Shown piece by piece: positions 1-12,779 of a stretch of 64,000 bases of DNA. The notes below the pieces were generated by a model that ran no database searches, had not been told where the DNA came from, and worked only from the letters and a program-made list of their open reading frames with translations. Source of the DNA: Blepharisma stoltei ATCC 30299 (Eukaryota > Protista > Ciliophora). Location of the stretch: contig CBFDEM010000005.1 of the NCBI GenBank assembly GCA_965603825.1, positions 372,001 through 436,000 on the forward strand. The letters run 5' to 3'. The stretch's first letter is position 1. Each line of letters starts with the position of its first letter. The translations under genes were made by a program, and so were the position numbers.

Positions 1-389
1 TCATAGTCAAGATTTCTTCCATGGATAATTGTGCCATTTGTTAATCTAACAACAATGGAGGTGCAAAATGCATTGTACTCGTACATGAAGTTTAAAAAAG
101 CTGCTTCTTTGTAAGTGATGTTTACTGTTTGGGCCATCCCTTGAAGCTCTTGTTTGAATTCTGGGTTGATATAGCCTCTATTAAGCAAAATCATCAAAAG
201 ATCAAGCTTAATAGGAGTGATGGAATACTTAGCATAATTCTGAGCAAAAGTTTTGATAATGGAAGCATATGGAGCTTGCACATGAGCCCATCTTGTAGAT
301 GGTGGATCATTTAGACTGACTGTATAGCGCTCTGGAACTGAGTTACCAATCGTAGATAAAACGAATAAAGCAAAGAATAATAGCTTCAT
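1..389 (-). CDS. Acid ceramidase / NAAA-like Ntn hydrolase, 5' part (runs off the left edge)
   Basis: Missing from the ORF track. ATG at 389 gives a signal peptide MKLLFFALFVLSTIG, then LNFMYEYNAF-CTSIVVR and IIHGRNLDY, the autocleavage Cys and GRNxD motifs of the family. Confidence 0.85.
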   Translation of the reverse strand, partial: MKLLFFALFVLSTIGNSVPERYTVSLNDPPSTRWAHVQAPYASIIKTFAQNYAKYSITPIKLDLLMILLNRGYINPEFKQELQGMAQTVNITYKEAAFLNFMYEYNAFCTSIVVRLTNGTIIHGRNLDY

Positions 390-808
390 TATGTTTATAA
401 TAATATATTCTCCTGAAGTAATTATCTAATTTAATTTAATTCAACTAGATCCTCAAAAGACGTAGGTAATCAACTTTTCTTAAATAGATTAAGATCCATA
501 ATTTTTATTAGTAAAATCTGCTGGTTGAAAGTTTATGCTTGATAATTCATTAAAAGCAATAATTCATAACCTAATAAATATTAATTTTGAAGCAGTCCAG
601 CTTGCAATCCTTATGCTAACTTTCAAACATAATATGCATTTTGATTTCTATATGGATTTTGCAGAGACTTATGTTTTATAAGCTTATCCCACACGATATC
701 GAAGTTAAGATTTTAAGAATTATTAATTAATGTATTTGCTTTTTGTTCAGAGAGTAGTTTACAATTAGTTTTATATTTTCAAATATTATAAAAACAATTA
801 ACAAAATA

Positions 809-3800
809 TTAGCTAGAAGATACTTTATTCACTACTGATCTTCCTCTTAGTTTCTCAACAACAAAGTAGCTGGATCTTTCAGTAGATCGTAACACTTTTC
901 TGATGAAGTCTTGATCATGAGAAATTATCATCATTTGCAGCTTTGGGTTTCCGTTAACTAAGCTAGCAATTGCATCTCCTAGTCCATCTGTATTATCAAT
1001 ATCCATATTAGTCGTTGGCTCATCAAGCGCAATAATACAGTTTCCACTTGAAAAGGCTTGAGCCAGTGCAATTCTAATTATTAAAGATGCTAGCATCCTT
1101 TGTCCAGCTGAGCATCTTCCTCTCATATCTAATTCTGTATTATTCCCAATTAAAGTGATCCTATAATTATAAGAAACTCCTTTATCCTTCTGAATCGGGT
1201 CTGTTTTTATCATAATAGTCTCTATATCTCTTCCTTTATAAGTTTCTGTTCATAAAGTTCGCAAAATCATATTGATTTGGTCGATTTTTTGTTGGTGATA
1301 TTTTATTATTGCATTGTCCAAACATTTTATAAACGACTTATGCTCGCCAATTGACTTTTCCAATATTCGTGTTTCAATATAAAGATGCGCAGCTTTAGTT
1401 TCAGACATTGAAGTTGGCTTTTTGCTGAGCTCTTTAAGTTCTTCTTGAATTGAGGATAAGCGTCCTTCAATCCTGCCTTGCTCCACTTTTATATCTAGTT
1501 CTCTTTCTTGTAAGTCTTTAAGCATAGCTCCATCAAATTGGCTTAACTTCTGGTCTAGTTCAACTATTTCCCCTTCAAGCTTGCGCAAATCAGCTTTGAA
1601 TTCTTGCTGCTTTTTGAGCTCATTGAATTTGCTAAATGACACTTGCAAATCTAAAAGTTCTTTAGAAGTTGACTGCATGGCAATTGATAGATTTTTATGT
1701 TTTTCTTTTGAAATTGAAAGCTCAGATTGTATATTATCCAGAAGGTTGTCTAGCAATTTCATTTGAGATAGTGTGTCTTGATATGAGCTTGAATATGAGC
1801 AGGATTCAAGATATGAGTTGTAGATAGACTCAAATCGAGAGATTTTTGAGTTCATAGCATTTTGGTTTGAAGACTTGCTAGATTTTTCGTTTTGGAGAGC
1901 TTCTTCAGCCTCTTTGATTTTGGTTTTCAAAGGATCAATTTCGCTGGATTTTTGCTCTATTTGTTTCCTCTTATTAATGATTTCTTCTTCTAGTGAAATT
2001 AAATTAGGAATGCTTGATAATGATATAAGTTGACTGTTTAGCTCAGAAATTTTAGTATAGCTAATGTCGATTTGCTTCTTTAAATTTCGAATATTTTCAC
2101 AGAAGATTTTTTTCTCATTACTCTTTGCATTAATTTCGTTAATTACTTGAGAAATGTCAACTTCTTCAGGAACAGTAATATTTTTTGCAATAATATCTGC
2201 ATATAGGACTTTTGAATTTATTTCCAAAGATTCTATAATTGAGTACATTTTAGAAATATTTTCTAGTGCATTATTTAATAGAGAGCACCTTTCTTTTCAG
2301 TTATTTCTTTGAATCCTTGCTTCTTCTAGCTGAGGCATTTTTATTTTTAACTCTTCTCTTACTTTATTATAGCTTTCTTTTGTATCCTCAATTAATTTAT
2401 AGTTCTTAGAAAATCCTTGTATTAAATCCAGGCATTTTTGAATGGATTCGATCTTGCTTTCTAAAGCTATCAAGTTTTCTGGCTCTGTTGATTCGACATT
2501 TTTTAATTCTGTGAGTTTCTGTTTTAAACAATCTGTGCACGAATGTGTATCGCAATCACAAATAGGGCAGCTGCCTTTTTCAATTGCTTCTTCGATTAAA
2601 TACCGCTTTGCCGCGGCAAAGTTCTTAAGATACGTAAATTCATGATTGGTATCCGCTTTCATTTTTTCAAGAATGCTCTGATATTCATGAAACTCAGCTT
2701 TTTGAACTCCCAATGAACTTAGCAGTAATGGTAAATCAGATTTTGAGGGAGTGCTTTTAGTAAGTTCATTTATGTTTGCTTTCAATTTTTCTATTGAACA
2801 ATTTGCAGATTCAATCCCTTCTTCAAGAATAGAAACCTCAGTCAATTTTTCTATATATTTTTCATGCGCCACATCATAGAGCTCTTTAATCATATTTTGA
2901 TAGCTATTTATATAAATTGACTCAAGACTTGGGTTTTCTGCAACAATTTTTCCAATTAATTCTTTTAATCTGGCTAGATCAGCTTCTTTCTGCAAAGCTT
3001 TAATTCTGCTCTGGTTTTGCTCAAGGCCAATCTGCTTTGAAAATTCCAAGTCTGAAAATTCTTTATCAAGAATCATAATCAGTTTTTCTGAGTTTTGATT
3101 TTCTTTATCCATCTCTTGGATACTGATTTGCAATGATTTAAGACTTGATTCTAAAGAAGATCGATTGGATTCTGACGATTTAACTCTAAATTCATCTAGA
3201 TCAATTTCTTGCTGCCTTACCACTTCACTTAATGAATTTATTTCAAATTCCAACATACTTAGCTCATTTTTTAATCTTTGCAATTCATCGTTATATTTTG
3301 ATATTGAGATATCAAATTCATAGTTCATTTTATTTAAATTGTGCTTTCATATATCAAGCATGCTTTTTGGGTTTTCTTCTCCGATTTCGCTTCTCATTTG
3401 CTCTTCTAATTGTGCTTTTTTGATTATTTTTTCCTCATAAAAATCGAGTTTACATTTTGTACTTCCAACTCTTTCAAGGATGTTTCCTTTATCGCCCTCA
3501 AGCTTTTCAATTTTCACAGTTAGCCCTTTAATTGAATCCTCTATACTTTTTTTGTCTTCTATCAGCTTATTAATCTTATTTTCAGTTTCTTCTATATTAT
3601 CAGAAATAATAATGTCTCCATATCCTTCAACTATTTTTTCTAGGCTGATTTTTTCATTAATTTTTGCTTCTTTGCAAGACATCAGATTCTGCATTCTATT
3701 TGCCGCTTTTTTCTCATTTTGCACATATAAAATTTCATTTTTGAGTTCTTCTCCTTTTTCTTTTAATTTAATTTCTTCTTCTTTTAAGCTCTTCATTTTT

Positions 3801-4471
3801 TCTCTATCTTGTCTTGCTTGATTTATGAGTGTTTGTGCTCATATCATTTCGTTTTTCTTACCTTGCAAATCCTGTGACTGCTTCTTTATGAATTTTTTAT
3901 GATTTTCTAGAGCTTTAGAAAAAGCTTCAGTTGAAAAGATTTGATCGAAAATCCTTTTCAGATGTGAAGAGTCAGAAAAAGGCCATAAAGATTCGTCTTG
4001 ATGGCAAAATGTCACATATTCCAGGATTGGTGAAGAAAGTCCAATTAGTTCAGGAACCAACTTGTCTATATCTCCAACTCGCAAACTATTCTGGGCTTCT
4101 TTTCCTTCTTCGTCTAGCGTGCAAACAATATTTTCTGATTTTTTAAGCTCTAATTTGTCGCTATCTTTTCTGACAAGAGATATGAGCCTTCCAATCCGAA
4201 TTGGCTTGCCTTGAGGAGTCCTGAAAAATAGTTTCATTGAAGCTTGCACTTCTGGCTTTTGAGCAATTTTTGGATCGTGAATAAAACTTTTACCTCCATC
4301 TGAGTTGGGCGGGAACAAACCAGTTGTGACTGCCTTTAAAGCCTCAATGATTGTAGTTTTACCAGCACCATTGTGACCTAAAATTAGGGTTAGTCTTGGA
4401 TCAAAGTCAATAGTTATTTCAGAACTTGAGCTGAAACTTCTAATGCCTGATATTTTCAAACGCTCAAGCAT
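809..4471 (-). CDS. RAD50: DNA repair protein RAD50 (~1220 aa)
   Basis: Five ORF pieces join in frame through TGAs at 3839, 3347, 2297 and 1250. Walker A GHNGAGKTT, FCHQDESLWP, zinc hook CPIC, signature MRGRCSAGQ, Walker B ALDEPTTN. The TGA at 1250 is the conserved W in LW..TY.G.DI. Confidence 0.97.
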
Positions 4472-5072
4472 AATAAGGTAAATTATTAAAATGATTAATT
4501 AATTCCTTTCATGAAATAACAGCAAGAAGCTCTTAAAAAATAATGAAAAATATCTCAAAATGTATGCATCTACATTTCTTAACGAGTCATGAAATATGAT
4601 GGAAGCCTTTAAGAATAAATCAAGAAATTTCATTATATAAGCTTCAGCCCATCATCTGTAAACCTATTATTGATGAAGAGTCAAAAAATACGCTTTAAAA
4701 ATTTTCAAAAATTAAATTTTAAAAAAAGTATAAATATTTTAACTGAACACTCTAAACATAAATTTTTCTTGAAATTTTATTTTATAGCACGTACTTGAGA
4801 TATTAATAAAAATTTAAGCTATACATAAAAGTTTCGTATGCTATTTAGCTAGAATCATTAAAATCCGAGCAAAATACTTGATTTCGCACTCATTTATATT
4901 CATGACTTTATATATTTATAAGTTTTTGTTAAATAAATAATCGATTGAAGCAATATTTTTTATACTAAAATATTTATCTTTTTATGATAAATTAACGATA
5001 TAAAAGAAATCTTGTCTCCACTCAAAAATAATCATAATTACTAGTTTTAAATCATATTTATAATTATTTTTT

Positions 5073-5483
5073 ATGAATTTGTCAAAAGACCTCAAAGCAA
5101 TCGAAGACAAAAGAATGGCAGCTGAGAATGAGCTAAGAGAAATTGAAAGATTGATATTTAAGCTAGAAACAAACTATCTTAAAGATGCTTCAATCGATGG
5201 AAACGTAATTAGAGGCTGAGATGCTCTAATTAACCAAAAAGCGTCAAAAAACAGTGGATATCTTGGAAGGAAATATAGCAACAAGCCATATTCAGAGAAA
5301 GACAGAATCTTTTCAATGTCTTCAGCAACGATTCCTTACAAACTCGCAGAAGATGAATTTCAAGATGGTCAGCTCCCGCTAAAAAGAAAATTAAATATTG
5401 GAGGAAAAAACACTCTAATTAAAAGGAAATCGAAAAGAAGACTAGAAGATGATGGTGACTACAGCGAAGGGACTATTAACTAG
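5073..5483 (+). CDS. EAF6: NuA4/MOZ histone acetyltransferase subunit Eaf6/MEAF6-like (136 aa)
   Basis: Missing from the ORF track. Reads IERLIFKLETNYL..GNVIRG[TGA=W]D..DRIFSMSS, the Eaf6 signature; ends TAG. Confidence 0.9.
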
Positions 5484-5709
5484 CAAGATAAGCCATTATC
5501 ATTAATTTTCTGTTAGAATATCTTTGTTTTTTCATCGTATCTTGTGTGAAATTAGTGCACTTACTGATTTCGTTATATTATCTTCTAAAATTAGGGGCTT
5601 TTATTCATTTAAAAACTAATAAAAAACTTATTTCTACTTAATAGCAGACCGAATTATCTTATAAACTTATGCGAGATATGAATCTAAAAGATTGTTAATT
5701 ACTTGAGAG

Positions 5710-7146
5710 TTAGACCAAGGCCCAAAATTCAAGCTTTACTATATTAAAATATTCTCTGCCGCTTAAAATTTCATTTGCATACGTCTTGCAGGGTCCACTC
5801 GAGCCATGGACAAAGTTTCTATCAATATATAATCCAGTTTTACCGCCAGAACCCATAGAAATCCCATCAGAATCTGAATTCATATAATAATCATTCTCCA
5901 ATGTAGGGAAAAAGCACTGTATTCTTCTTGAAGTATGGAAAGTAAATAAAAAGCAGTCTCCAGTCCCATAAAATACCTTACTCGGTTTCCATTGATGCGA
6001 AGCAAATCCTCCGAAAATATGATGGTCGCTGTCTTCTATAACTACCACAGACGGTCCTGCGCCTTCAAGTAACCTGAAAAATACCTCATAACTTGTTCCA
6101 TGGACAGTGAAAGAATACGAAAGATGCCAATTTCTGATTTGGAAGAGCATTCCCATGTTTTTTGTGATTTGCTTGACCATTGACTCATTCAGTATCTCGC
6201 TTGGCCTTGAAAGTTCTGGTAATATGTCTCCTTCATCTGGAATTACGCTGAATCTTATGCTTTTTCTGGTTTCTACCTGGAATTCTTCGATTTCTAGGTT
6301 TAAATCTTGGTATTTTTCTTCTTCATTTGCTTGTTCAAAAATTGACCCTTTCAATCCACTTTCTACATACTGCTGATATGACTTATTCAAATCGTAATAA
6401 GGCACAAAAGTCTTGCATCTGTGCATTGGTGACAATTTTTCTAGCTCCTGTCTCGCTTTCACAAGCCCAGCTAATTCATCTGCGTTTACTTTCTGTTCAA
6501 AATAGCTATACTGCCCATTTGGTCCCATATCAGAAATCTTAAAATACACATTGGCTTTTGGGATGTTTGTGCTGATGTCTTTTTTTTCTTTTCCTGTTTT
6601 AGTAATAACGAACTGGACAAAGAAATTTTTGACTTTGTCTTCTGGGTTTAGGGCGTTCAATGATGGCAGTTCTAGCACGCTGCAAGTTGCAATATCTCTT
6701 ATTGCGATACACAAGCGAAACTGGCTAGCTGCAGCTGAGTATTTCCTTGTGTTTGCAATGACTTCGCATCTGTCGTTATTTGACAATGGACAAAAGACAA
6801 CTTTATCGTGAGAAACACCAAGATCTCCCATTACATCTCCATCAGCAGTACAGTAAACAGCTTCAACTGTATAGTCATTTCTAGAATCAATTGAAAAAAG
6901 AGTTTGCTCAAGAGATAAACGTTTTACAGAGCTGGCAATCTCAGTTTCTTCTGCTTTGTCTTCGTATTCTTCGACCGATAGAGATTTGAAATCTGAGGTT
7001 TGTACCTTCAAAACCATTCCAGGAAAAATATCTTCTTCCTCTTCAAGTTGGTTAATTTGGCAAAGATCCTCAATTGTCATACGGAGAGATGATGAAATGC
7101 TGACTAGGGAGTCTCCTGGTTTCACGGTATACCGTTCAAATTCCAT
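5710..7146 (-). CDS. LysM + TLDc domain protein (OXR1/NCOA7-like)
   Basis: N-terminal LysM (YTVKPGDSLVSIS); C-terminal TLDc (HGTS, IFGGF, FYGTGDCFLF, LEFW). Confidence 0.9.
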   Translation of the reverse strand: MEFERYTVKPGDSLVSISSSLRMTIEDLCQINQLEEEEDIFPGMVLKVQTSDFKSLSVEEYEDKAEETEIASSVKRLSLEQTLFSIDSRNDYTVEAVYCTADGDVMGDLGVSHDKVVFCPLSNNDRCEVIANTRKYSAAASQFRLCIAIRDIATCSVLELPSLNALNPEDKVKNFFVQFVITKTGKEKKDISTNIPKANVYFKISDMGPNGQYSYFEQKVNADELAGLVKARQELEKLSPMHRCKTFVPYYDLNKSYQQYVESGLKGSIFEQANEEEKYQDLNLEIEEFQVETRKSIRFSVIPDEGDILPELSRPSEILNESMVKQITKNMGMLFQIRNWHLSYSFTVHGTSYEVFFRLLEGAGPSVVVIEDSDHHIFGGFASHQWKPSKVFYGTGDCFLFTFHTSRRIQCFFPTLENDYYMNSDSDGISMGSGGKTGLYIDRNFVHGSSGPCKTYANEILSGREYFNIVKLEFWALV

Positions 7147-7507
7147 TATAGAAGATGAATTTATTAAGATATTGACTTAATACTTTTTTTACTAGAAAAT
7201 TATTTTAGAAAGCTAAGATTAAGCTAATAATATCTTAAATTATCCAAGATGATATGCTAAGATAAGAAATTTTTAAAATGAAGATTCACCATTAATAGAA
7301 TCAACCTGAAATTATTAGAAAAATTTTAAACTAGGAATGATTAGCCTTATCAAACAAAGAAAAAATCCAAATCGAACAAAAAAAAAATAAAATAAAAGCT
7401 TGTCCTAAATAAAATTATCCACAATGCAGATTTATTATATTTTATAAATGATTTTGCTTCCATTGTTTTGATAGCAAAGAAATCAATTAACTAAACTTTT
7501 CATTAAA

Positions 7508-9128
7508 ATGTCAGAATCTCAAGCATTTATTTCATCTATCTATAAAGCTGATATCTCAGAAATCTATCGAGTTCTCCGCCGAACAGGCATTTTTCCACAC
7601 AAATGCAAAGACTCAAGAGGCTACACAGCTCTTCATATAGCTAGTATTAACTCAAATTATGCAGTTATGGAATTTTTAGTCGATTATGTAATCATCATTC
7701 AGATCAGGCGAACATATGGCCTTGAAGCTCCAAAGATTTTAAAAGCCTGAGCGAATGAAAAAACTTCTGATGGATTTTTACCCTTGCACTTTGCTTCTTT
7801 CAGTGGCCATTTGGTATTTTTAATATAGAGAATCATTAAGCTTCTAATTGAAATTGGGTCAGAGTTGCATGTAAAAAATAACCAAGGGCTTACTTTAATG
7901 CATGTAACAGCGCAAGGTGACCAGCCTTTGGTTTTAGCTTATTATAGAGAGCTTGGTTTAAATATTGATGATATTGATGAAAAAGGGGGAACTCCATTGC
8001 ATTGGGCATGCTATATGGGCTGCGAAACTGCAGCTTCTTTATTATTGGCATGAGGTGCAGATCCCAGCAAGCAAGATTCCGAAGGACATACTCCTCTTCA
8101 TCTTGCAACCACAGCTAACAACACAAGAATAATCAGAAATCTATTACTCAAAGGGTCAATAAGAAACATAAAGGCAATCTTTATATTAGGATAAAAAAGG
8201 TAGGTATCCTATTGATATAGCAAATGAAGGAAAGCAAAAATCATCAATAAAATTACTTCGGCCTATTGGAATTTTTTCTGAATGTGGGGTCAAGCCGCCA
8301 CTGCGGCCGCCTAAGAAAAGCTATTCTTCACTTTTAGTATTTTTGTTGGTATTTATAGGAGGAAACTTGTTAAAAATATTTATTGTTGATGAATACGTTG
8401 GAAAAGGATTGAGGATCACTTATAGCCTGTTAATTATTTTTGTAAGCATTTGTTTTTTTATCACATGGCTAAAAGACCCTGGATACATTAAGCCAGGCGA
8501 AAACGAATCAATATTTCATCTATATGAGCAATACGAAACTCATTTAATATGCCCTGATTGTGCTGTTTATAGGCCAGCAAGATCTAGACACTGTCAAACA
8601 TGCAATAAATGTGTTGAGAAATTCGACCACCATTGCCCATGGATTAACAATTGTATAGGTGCTAAAAATATTGGTGTGTTTTATATTTTCATATGTAGCA
8701 TATGGATCTCATTGATTTTTGCAATTTCTTTGAGTTTGAAAGTTTTAATTGATCCTGAATTAGATGCCCATGCGTTTGATGTCGCACTTGAAACTTCAGT
8801 AGCGTTTTCTGTAATAACAATTATTATTGCAAGTGCTTTTATGATGCCAGTCACATTTTTAGTGTCAGTCCAGACTAAAAACTTCTGAACCAACAGAACT
8901 ACAAGTGAAAGATTTTCGAAACCGATGAAATCCAAAGAGTCAGCTTCTTCAACTGTTTCTTTCTTGTCGATAGACCAAAATGGCTTTAAAAACTGTTGGG
9001 AAATGCTATGCAATAAAGGAGTTTCTTCAAGAGTTTCTCATGAATTCAGGCCTCATGAAGATCATGAAATCAGCTTTTTAGATATTGTAAAGAATTATGA
9101 GAAAGAATATGGAGACTCAAAAGTTTAA
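7508..9128 (+). CDS. Ankyrin-repeat DHHC palmitoyltransferase (Akr1/ZDHHC13/17-like), with tiny introns
   Basis: Ankyrin repeats (TALHIAS, TPLHWAC, TPLHLAT) and RSRHC..CNKCVEKFDHHCPWINNCIG. Continuous with TGA=W after removing introns 7814-7828 and 8174-8189 (probably also 7688-7702). Confidence 0.93.
7688..7702 (+). other. Probable 15-nt intron GTAATCATCATTCAG
   Basis: GT..AG, 15 nt, but in frame with no stop, so not required by the ORF. Confidence 0.6.
7814..7828 (+). other. 15-nt intron GTATTTTTAATATAG
   Basis: Contains an in-frame stop; removal restores the ankyrin sequence GHL-RIIKLLIEIG. Confidence 0.9.
8174..8189 (+). other. 16-nt GC-AG intron GCAATCTTTATATTAG
   Basis: Removal corrects the frame and gives the ankyrin loop NIK-DKKGRYPIDIA. 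Confidence 0.8.
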
Positions 9129-9160
9129 TACAAAATATTTTAATAAAAATATCTAATTAA

Positions 9161-9907
9161 TTAGTCTAATGCAGGATCAATGCTATCAACATGAGAATTT
9201 TCTTTATTTTTGGGCAATTTTAGCTTGTCATGCTCGTCCACTAGAGTATCGGAAACTTCGGAAACATATGCTCTAACTCCTTGGGGTGCTAGTAAAAGTC
9301 CATTTCTAAAAGTAACAAAAAAATTAACAAAAATTTCTTCATCAATTATAGTCCTGATTGGAGCCATACTTTCAGCAATAAGTTTTGATGCAGCCTGAAA
9401 GCCTTTTTTAAGTTTCTCTACGTAAAACACATTTTTCATTTCATTCGCCATATTTGATTGTCCTTTGCAGACTAAACTTGGTAAAGTAACACAACAATGC
9501 TTTAGAATTGAGGGAATTATTTCCGTTTTGAGCTTTGGAAAATTAATTTTATTCTCTGACTTTTCATCGAAAATTTGAAAAAGTAGCCTTGATTTAGTTT
9601 TTGGATCAGATTTGCTGAGCATTACTCCAATTATTAGTAAATCATATAATTTATAGTCTCCGTCTTCTCCTTTTAAACTTAAGTACATTTCGGTAATATT
9701 TTTGTGAGTGCTGTAGTTTTTGATTGGAATTAAGAGATTCTCACTTACTCTTTTCAATTGAGATTGATTTAATTTAGAATTATACGAATATTTTCGAAAT
9801 ATTGAGTCTGTTTTCTTTGAACTTATAAGATGGAGTTGAAGGCCGCGTTCAGCAAAAATAACTGCAAGTTCTTCAGAAGGTTGTCCTCGGGTTTCAATGC
9901 AACCCAT
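9161..9907 (-). CDS. Putative N-acylated (MGC) protein with a degenerate EF-hand-like segment
   Basis: Likely start MGCIETRG at 9907 (myristoylation/palmitoylation pattern); KSRLLFQIFDEKSENKI resembles an EF-hand. Confidence 0.65.
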   Translation of the reverse strand: MGCIETRGQPSEELAVIFAERGLQLHLISSKKTDSIFRKYSYNSKLNQSQLKRVSENLLIPIKNYSTHKNITEMYLSLKGEDGDYKLYDLLIIGVMLSKSDPKTKSRLLFQIFDEKSENKINFPKLKTEIIPSILKHCCVTLPSLVCKGQSNMANEMKNVFYVEKLKKGFQAASKLIAESMAPIRTIIDEEIFVNFFVTFRNGLLLAPQGVRAYVSEVSDTLVDEHDKLKLPKNKENSHVDSIDPALD

Positions 9908-10124
9908 TTTTAATTTAAAAATAAATACGTTAGCCAAATAATTTTTCACGGAGTCAGAATAAAGTATGATAATTGTATTTGGTTGCTTGAACATTATTAT
10001 CAACTGTTTTTCATATTATTAAAATGTGCATATTATTTTTTTATAGTTATCTTTAGCATTAGCCTGAGCAATTAGTAACTAGATTATAACGATTTAAGAT
10101 CTCTTTATAAAATCAAATTTTATT

Positions 10125-12779
10125 CTAAATCTGCATTTTTTGGAGTAGTTCAATACGGTCTCGGCCTAATGCGTCGTTAATAAAATTGATTTCCTCTTCA
10201 GAAAGGTTTCATTCGTTCTTAGTGAAAACACCGCCTTCTTGATTTTCTTGCTTCAAATTATAAGCCCTATTAAGGTCCTGCAAAGCTGCTTCTTCTTGTC
10301 TGAGATTATTAAATAATTTAGCTCTGTTGCAGAAATACAAAGGATTATTGGGATTAAGCTTGATTGCCTCACTATAGCATTGCATTGCTTCTTGATATCT
10401 CTTCAACGCATAAAGAGCATTGCCTTTACCATTATAAAATTTGTCATTATCTTGAATGATTCTGATTGCTTTATCATAGTTTTCTACTGTTTCTGGATAT
10501 CTTCCTAATTCATTTAAAGCTAATCCTTTCGCCCAGTAAAAATTAGTATTATTTGGATTGAGCTTAATTGCTTCGTCATAGCATTCGATTGCTTCTAAGT
10601 ATCTTTCTAAATTCTTAAAAGAGTTACCTTTTTTATTGTATAAATTAGCATTGTTTGGATTGAGTTTGATTGCTTCGTCATAGAATTCGATTGCTTCTAG
10701 ATATCTTTCTAAATTTTCATAAACATTGCCTTTTTTTTGGTAGAAATAATAGTAGTTTGGAAAGAGTTTGATTGCTTCGTCGTAGCATTCGATTGCTTCT
10801 TGATATCTTTCTAAATTCTCAAAAGCGTGGCCTTTACAATCGTAAATGCTTGAGTTGTTAGAATTGAGTTTGATTTGTTCGTCATATCATCCGATTATTT
10901 CTAAATTTTCTGCTAAATATTTTAGAGCAATATCTTTTACATTATTTTCATCCAGATAATAAGGATCGAGCTTAAAATTCTGGTTATTGCATTTTAAAGC
11001 TTCAATCTTTTTACCTACTCTTCTAAGTAAGACATGCTTATTATAGTAAGCAACATCAATAATGATTTTTTGATTTAAATTAAAAATATAATATTCTCTA
11101 GACGATTCAGAAATAGTTGAGATGCATATTCCTCCTTTATTATATGAGCAATACACTTGTTCAGGATCGCAATCCATTTTTGATTTTCCTATTCATCTCC
11201 AATTCGAGTAACTTCCAATTTCGCTTTCATAGATTGATCCATTATCGCATTCAATCAAATATAGTCTCTCTGCATTTATCAGGATCTTTATTTTCATCTC
11301 TTCAAACTCATAAGGAATTGTCGTGAAAGAATCAATACCAGTTGAGTATGACAAAAGATTTCTAGTTTGATATCCAGAAATTAAAATATTCCCATTAAAT
11401 ATTATACAACTGCACATATAATCATGTTTTGGCATTGGATTTAATTGAATTCATCGATTTCGATCCAAATCAAATCTACTAGATTGAGATAAATAATTTT
11501 CATCATTTCCTCCAAAGCAATAGACGCTGTTGTTGAAATAGATACATGATGATCATTCCCAAGGAGCTCCTGATGGCAGCACTTCGACTCCACCATTCAC
11601 ATCAATTAGCACTGTAATTCCAGAATGTCGATTATTACCATAACAGAATAGCTTGCCATTTGGAAGCTGAGTTATGCAAGTGTCTGAGTCTAGTGGCTGT
11701 GGAATCTGCAAAGTTTTGACTTCTTCTGTTTCAGTTTCAGTGTTATAAATAATTAAATTAGTTCTGTTATTATTATCACCTTCTATAACATTATAAAGAG
11801 ATGCCTTTTGTTGATAAGCTTTAAGATACTCTTGGTAAGCTTTCATTAGTGGTGGATCATAAAGACTAGAACTGGTCTGAATTGCTGAGCAAGTTGTTCT
11901 GAAATCTATCTCTAGTTCTGGATTGTTTGGTCTGCTCAAAATCTCAGCTGTTTTATTTCTTAAGGTCTCTATAACTTTTAAAACACTTTCTGTTTCCTTA
12001 GATTTATTGTTGAGATCATTAGAAACAGTGCTTATTTGAGAATTAAGCAAGCTTGTCTCGTTTTCTAGGGTGAGTTCTATTGGCTTGTTTACGTTTTTAG
12101 GCCCTTTCAAGCTCTCACTGTTCTCATTTATGATCAAGGAAATCGAATCCTTAACGTTTGCTGACTCTATACTTGCAGGCTTACTAGTTTTATTATGCAT
12201 TTCATGACTATTTTGCATATTCCTGTTTTTTAAATATGCCCCACATATTTCTGTAAAGAAGGATCTATTTAGACTCTCTAACTTTTGATTGAATATGCAA
12301 AACAATTTGGCACCGTTATAACAATCTCTGTTGGCTATGGTCATAAATTTTACTTTCTCAATAGCTTCTTGGGGATATAAACTCAATAATCCTAAAATTG
12401 GATCTTGTTCTGACTTTAATAATTTTGAAACTTGGGAAATCTTTGCAAAGAAATCATTTATTTCATCTGAGTAGCAATCCAACTTTCTTGCAAAATCTAA
12501 ATCCTTCTCTGAATTGGAAAGATGCTGGCGAAAGGAATCCATAATTATTATTCTCAACTCGCTACATTTTGAATCTTCTTTTGTAAGGTATTCAAGAATT
12601 GCTTCTTTTGTCCCTTCACAAGGCTGCATAAAAATTGATTCAAGATTATGGGCTTTATGAGGCAAGTTTGCATGCTCCCCGATATGCTCTCCACACAATA
12701 AAGTATCGGGAGAAGAGCATTTGCATGCGTACTCAACCTCATTTATACACCCGGGCTCGAAACATTTCTTCACCATCAT
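10125..12779 (-). CDS. Cys/His zinc finger (B-box-like) + helical region + Kelch-like propeller + TPR array, paralog A (884 aa)
   Basis: Continuous with TGA=W; ends TAG at 10125. CFEPGC..CKC..LCGEH..H at the N-terminus, Kelch-like KLFCYG / VYCFGG..FD...NRW, and six 34-aa TPRs. Confidence 0.85.
10290..10900 (-). repeat. 102-bp TPR-coding tandem repeats (paralog A), approximate limits
   Basis: GATTGCTTC-TCATAGCATTCGATTGCTTCT-like core recurs at 102-bp spacing. Confidence 0.85.
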
